Both the position numbers and the translations under genes were made by a program. DNA of 64,000 bases from Clostridia bacterium (GTDB lineage Bacteria > Bacillota > Clostridia > Oscillospirales > QAMX01). Within the stretch, counting starts at the first letter, position 1; every line of letters starts with the position of its first letter. Below are positions 63,649-64,000 of the stretch, piece by piece. The notes under the pieces were generated by a model that ran no database searches, was not told the DNA's origin, and saw nothing but the letters and a program-made list of their open reading frames with translations. Where the stretch lies: contig JAFQKV010000119.1 in NCBI GenBank assembly GCA_017414715.1, positions 8,968-72,967 of the forward strand. The letters run 5' to 3'.

Positions 63649-64000
63649 ATGTCCAAGAGCCGCGAATATATCGTCCGGGCCGAGGAGGCCATGCGCCGCG
63701 CCTTCGATGAGCAGGAGGAAAAGCTCTCCCTCGCCTCCCGCAAGGTGGCGGATGCCATCAAGGCAAAGCACAACGTCTTCGTCACCGGCTGCTCCCATGC
63801 CGGCATCCTTGCCGAGGAGCTTTTCTACCGCACCGGCGGTCTTGCCGTCATCAATCCGATCTTCGTGCCCGGCCTGATGCTGGATACCCGCCCCATCACC
63901 GTCACCTCCGCCATGGAGCGCGTGGAGGGTGTGGGCCGTGCCGCCCTTTCCAAGGTCGATCTCGGCGAGGGTGACGTTATCATCATCCATTCCGTCTCCG
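63649..64000 (+). CDS. second SIS-domain paralogue, N-terminal part (runs off the window)
   Basis: Hand translation gives MSKSREYIVRAEEAMRRAFDEQEEKLSLASRKVADAIKAKHNVFVTGCSHAGILAEELFYRTGGLA...VIIIHSVS. Absent from the track because it has no stop. Confidence 0.6.
   Translation, partial: MSKSREYIVRAEEAMRRAFDEQEEKLSLASRKVADAIKAKHNVFVTGCSHAGILAEELFYRTGGLAVINPIFVPGLMLDTRPITVTSAMERVEGVGRAALSKVDLGEGDVIIIHSVS

Noticed and set aside
62809-63990. 393-aa ORF on the minus strand
   Set aside because: It is antisense to the two SIS-domain genes. It is a G/A/D/L-rich shadow frame.

Overview
High-GC Firmicutes (Clostridia-like) chromosomal window. All calls come from reading the six-frame translations and the DNA by eye. 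No database search or computation was run, so family names are motif-level recognitions. The left third (4.4-19.9 kb, minus strand) is the complete S10-spc-alpha ribosomal-protein superoperon, rpsJ through rplQ, including secY, adk, map, infA, rpoA and a 41-aa rpmJ absent from the ORF track. It is flanked by cysS, polA and galE. The centre (24.3-36.5 kb, minus strand, visibly lower GC) is the most unusual part. It is one tightly packed 8-gene operon: a ~970-aa solute-binding protein with N-terminal sugar-binding-like modules, two separate pairs of carbohydrate-type ABC permeases, a beta-propeller/TPR membrane-anchored protein, a Yip1-family membrane protein and a ~950-aa secreted protein. It has no ATPase and no regulator, and I know of no characterised equivalent. 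The right half holds darA-holB-ricT, cell-wall genes (alr, femX-like, murT/gatD), tadA, a SipL-like sporulation protein and wall hydrolases with Pro-Thr linkers. It also holds a second notable operon (52.8-57.4 kb): FkbH-like HAD-IIIC loader, acyl carrier protein, MBOAT and DltD-like SGNH protein. That is Dlt-pathway architecture with the D-alanine ligase replaced. Smaller observations: a ~35% GC ORFan island next to the ribosomal operon, a frameshifted Dabb gene, a consensus promoter with a ~330-nt structured rpsJ leader, a 45-aa peptide with 9 cysteines, and an Arg-rich tail on S3. No rRNA, tRNA, CRISPR array, transposase or integrase was seen. The many long antisense ORFs are high-GC shadow frames.
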